Assembly (NCBI RefSeq): GCF_000009705.1
Contig: NC_003272.1
Location: 2,520,001-2,552,000, forward strand
DNA length: 32,000 bases
Direction of reading: 5' to 3'
Origin: Nostoc sp. PCC 7120 = FACHB-418
Lineage (GTDB): Bacteria > Cyanobacteriota > Cyanobacteriia > Cyanobacteriales > Nostocaceae
Positions 30,962 through 32,000 of this stretch are shown here, in pieces. The position numbers were made by a program, and so were the translations under genes. Each line of letters begins with the position of its first letter. The first letter of the stretch is position 1. The notes beneath the pieces were generated by a model. It was not told where the DNA came from. It saw only the letters and a list, made by a program, of their open reading frames with translations, and did not search any database.

Positions 30962-32000
30962 AAACTAAAGCCTCCTGGTTAGCTTCTGCTTCTTCAATCC
31001 GAGATAACGCATAGGTAAGTAATAAACGTTGCTCAATGTTATGTTTAGCACTGGGGCATGGTTCAATACCTTCTAACCAACTCTTTGGACAAGAACCACC
31101 GCAAACAGGTAACATAGGGCAAGTAGAACAGGGGTATGAACCTTGACGCACTTTATCATTAAAACTAGCTAAACGTTCCCTGTTACCAGGCATCTGTTTA
31201 CCTGATAAATGATCAATGGCATATTCATTAGGTGTGCCGTATGTAGGGACATAAGATACTTCTGTACAATTAAAAATATTGCCATAGGCATCAACTAATT
31301 CCGAATGGGGCATTACAGCCATACAAACTAGAGGTTTGCGCTCTGGTAATAACCCAACATTGAAACCTAACTCAACCATTTCCCCAAACCAAGTTATTTC
31401 CCAATTAGCAAATTCTTCTTTAGATAGGGAACGAGTATGAGCATCATTGCCCCAAGAATGAATTGGTGCTACATAAAAACTAATCTTGTCTTGTATCTCT
31501 ACCTCAGCTAACTTTTGTAGTAACAAAGAGACAGATTCATAATTTTGATAGTCAACATTACAACGAATATTAATTTGCACATCCAAATCTTGTCGATGAG
31601 CTAGGGCTGTAACATTAGCAAAAATTTTATCAAAAGTAGGTAAGCCATTTTTCTGCATCCGTCGAGCATCATGATATTCACCTACACCATCAAGAGTAAT
31701 TTCAATAGAATTTACGCCTAATTCTTGAACAATTTCTGTTGCTACTTGATGTGTTAGAGCTAAACCGTTGGTGACAATTTTTGCATGATAACTACAACCA
31801 AAACTGGCTGCAAGAGACTGTAGTTTTGGCGTGAGAGTTCTCATCACTGGCAACCCTACCAAAGGTTCTGCACCAAACCAACTAATTGAGAGACTACGAA
31901 AGTTCTTGCTTGCGAGTTTTTTAGCAGCCCGTTCTATAAATTTTTGCTGCTCATCTTCAGTCATCATTTTGCTAGTATGTTCTTGACCGCAGTAATGACA
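30954..32000 (-). CDS. Radical SAM/SPASM-domain enzyme (anSME / peptide-maturase-like), 5-prime end outside the window
   Basis: The frame stays open to base 32000. The last in-window codons read C-H-Y-C-G-Q-E-H-T-S-K-M-M, which is the end of a CxxxCxxC motif. The C-terminal SPASM-type cluster is YPCSTCPMLPVCGGSCPKSW, followed by EPCPS. Confidence 0.85.
   Translation of the reverse strand, partial: CHYCGQEHTSKMMTEDEQQKFIERAAKKLASKNFRSLSISWFGAEPLVGLPVMRTLTPKLQSLAASFGCSYHAKIVTNGLALTHQVATEIVQELGVNSIEITLDGVGEYHDARRMQKNGLPTFDKIFANVTALAHRQDLDVQINIRCNVDYQNYESVSLLLQKLAEVEIQDKISFYVAPIHSWGNDAHTRSLSKEEFANWEITWFGEMVELGFNVGLLPERKPLVCMAVMPHSELVDAYGNIFNCTEVSYVPTYGTPNEYAIDHLSGKQMPGNRERLASFNDKVRQGSYPCSTCPMLPVCGGSCPKSWLEGIEPCPSAKHNIEQRLLLTYALSRIEEAEANQEALVYA

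Noticed and set aside
1-32000. NtcA-type GTA-N8-TAC sites, tRNA, rRNA and riboswitch-like regions
   Set aside because: I found only GTA-N6/N7-TAC near-misses (for example 2231-2242, 4909-4921, 29880-29891). No cloverleaf-like or rRNA-like sequence was seen. These cannot be asserted without a scan.

Overview
This looks like a chromosomal segment from a filamentous, Nostocales-type cyanobacterium. The evidence is at least 20 exact HIP1 octamers (GCGATCGC) counted by eye, several STRR-type heptamer arrays including CCCCAAT, and cyanobacterial gene content: an Sll0418-type MPBQ/MSBQ methyltransferase, Uma2 and Rpn/DUF4351-type nucleases, a PEP-CTERM-like protein and a giant caspase-WD40 protein. 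I support 26 protein-coding genes. I saw no rRNA, tRNA or CRISPR array. Most genes are housekeeping or accessory singletons: M20 amidohydrolase, B12-radical SAM, azoR-hxlR divergon, TrkA-type RCK protein, CPA1 antiporter, M50 protease, GHL10 hydrolase, isochorismatase plus histidine kinase. The most system-like candidates are: (1) a 1683-aa caspase-like protease / STAND NTPase / 14xWD40 protein (23336-28387); (2) an operon of three old, conserved cytoplasmic vWA-MIDAS paralogs chained to a coiled-coil protein (5290-7552); (3) a radical SAM/SPASM maturase, truncated by the window edge, whose stop overlaps the start of an unrecognisable 332-aa helical protein (29963-32000); (4) a feo locus in which FeoB is split at the G-domain/helical-domain linker by a spacer carrying a heptamer array, with feoA last and a perfect 13-bp inverted repeat on the first start codon (17125-19608); (5) a 603-aa exported protein built from 3+2 internal repeat modules (15035-16846). 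Non-coding structure is abundant: a MITE-like element with target-site-duplication-like flanks next to a 59% GC patch, composite palindromic elements, heptamer arrays, and a GCGTAAGT motif that recurs only in non-coding DNA. All family assignments come from motif recognition by eye. No database search was run.
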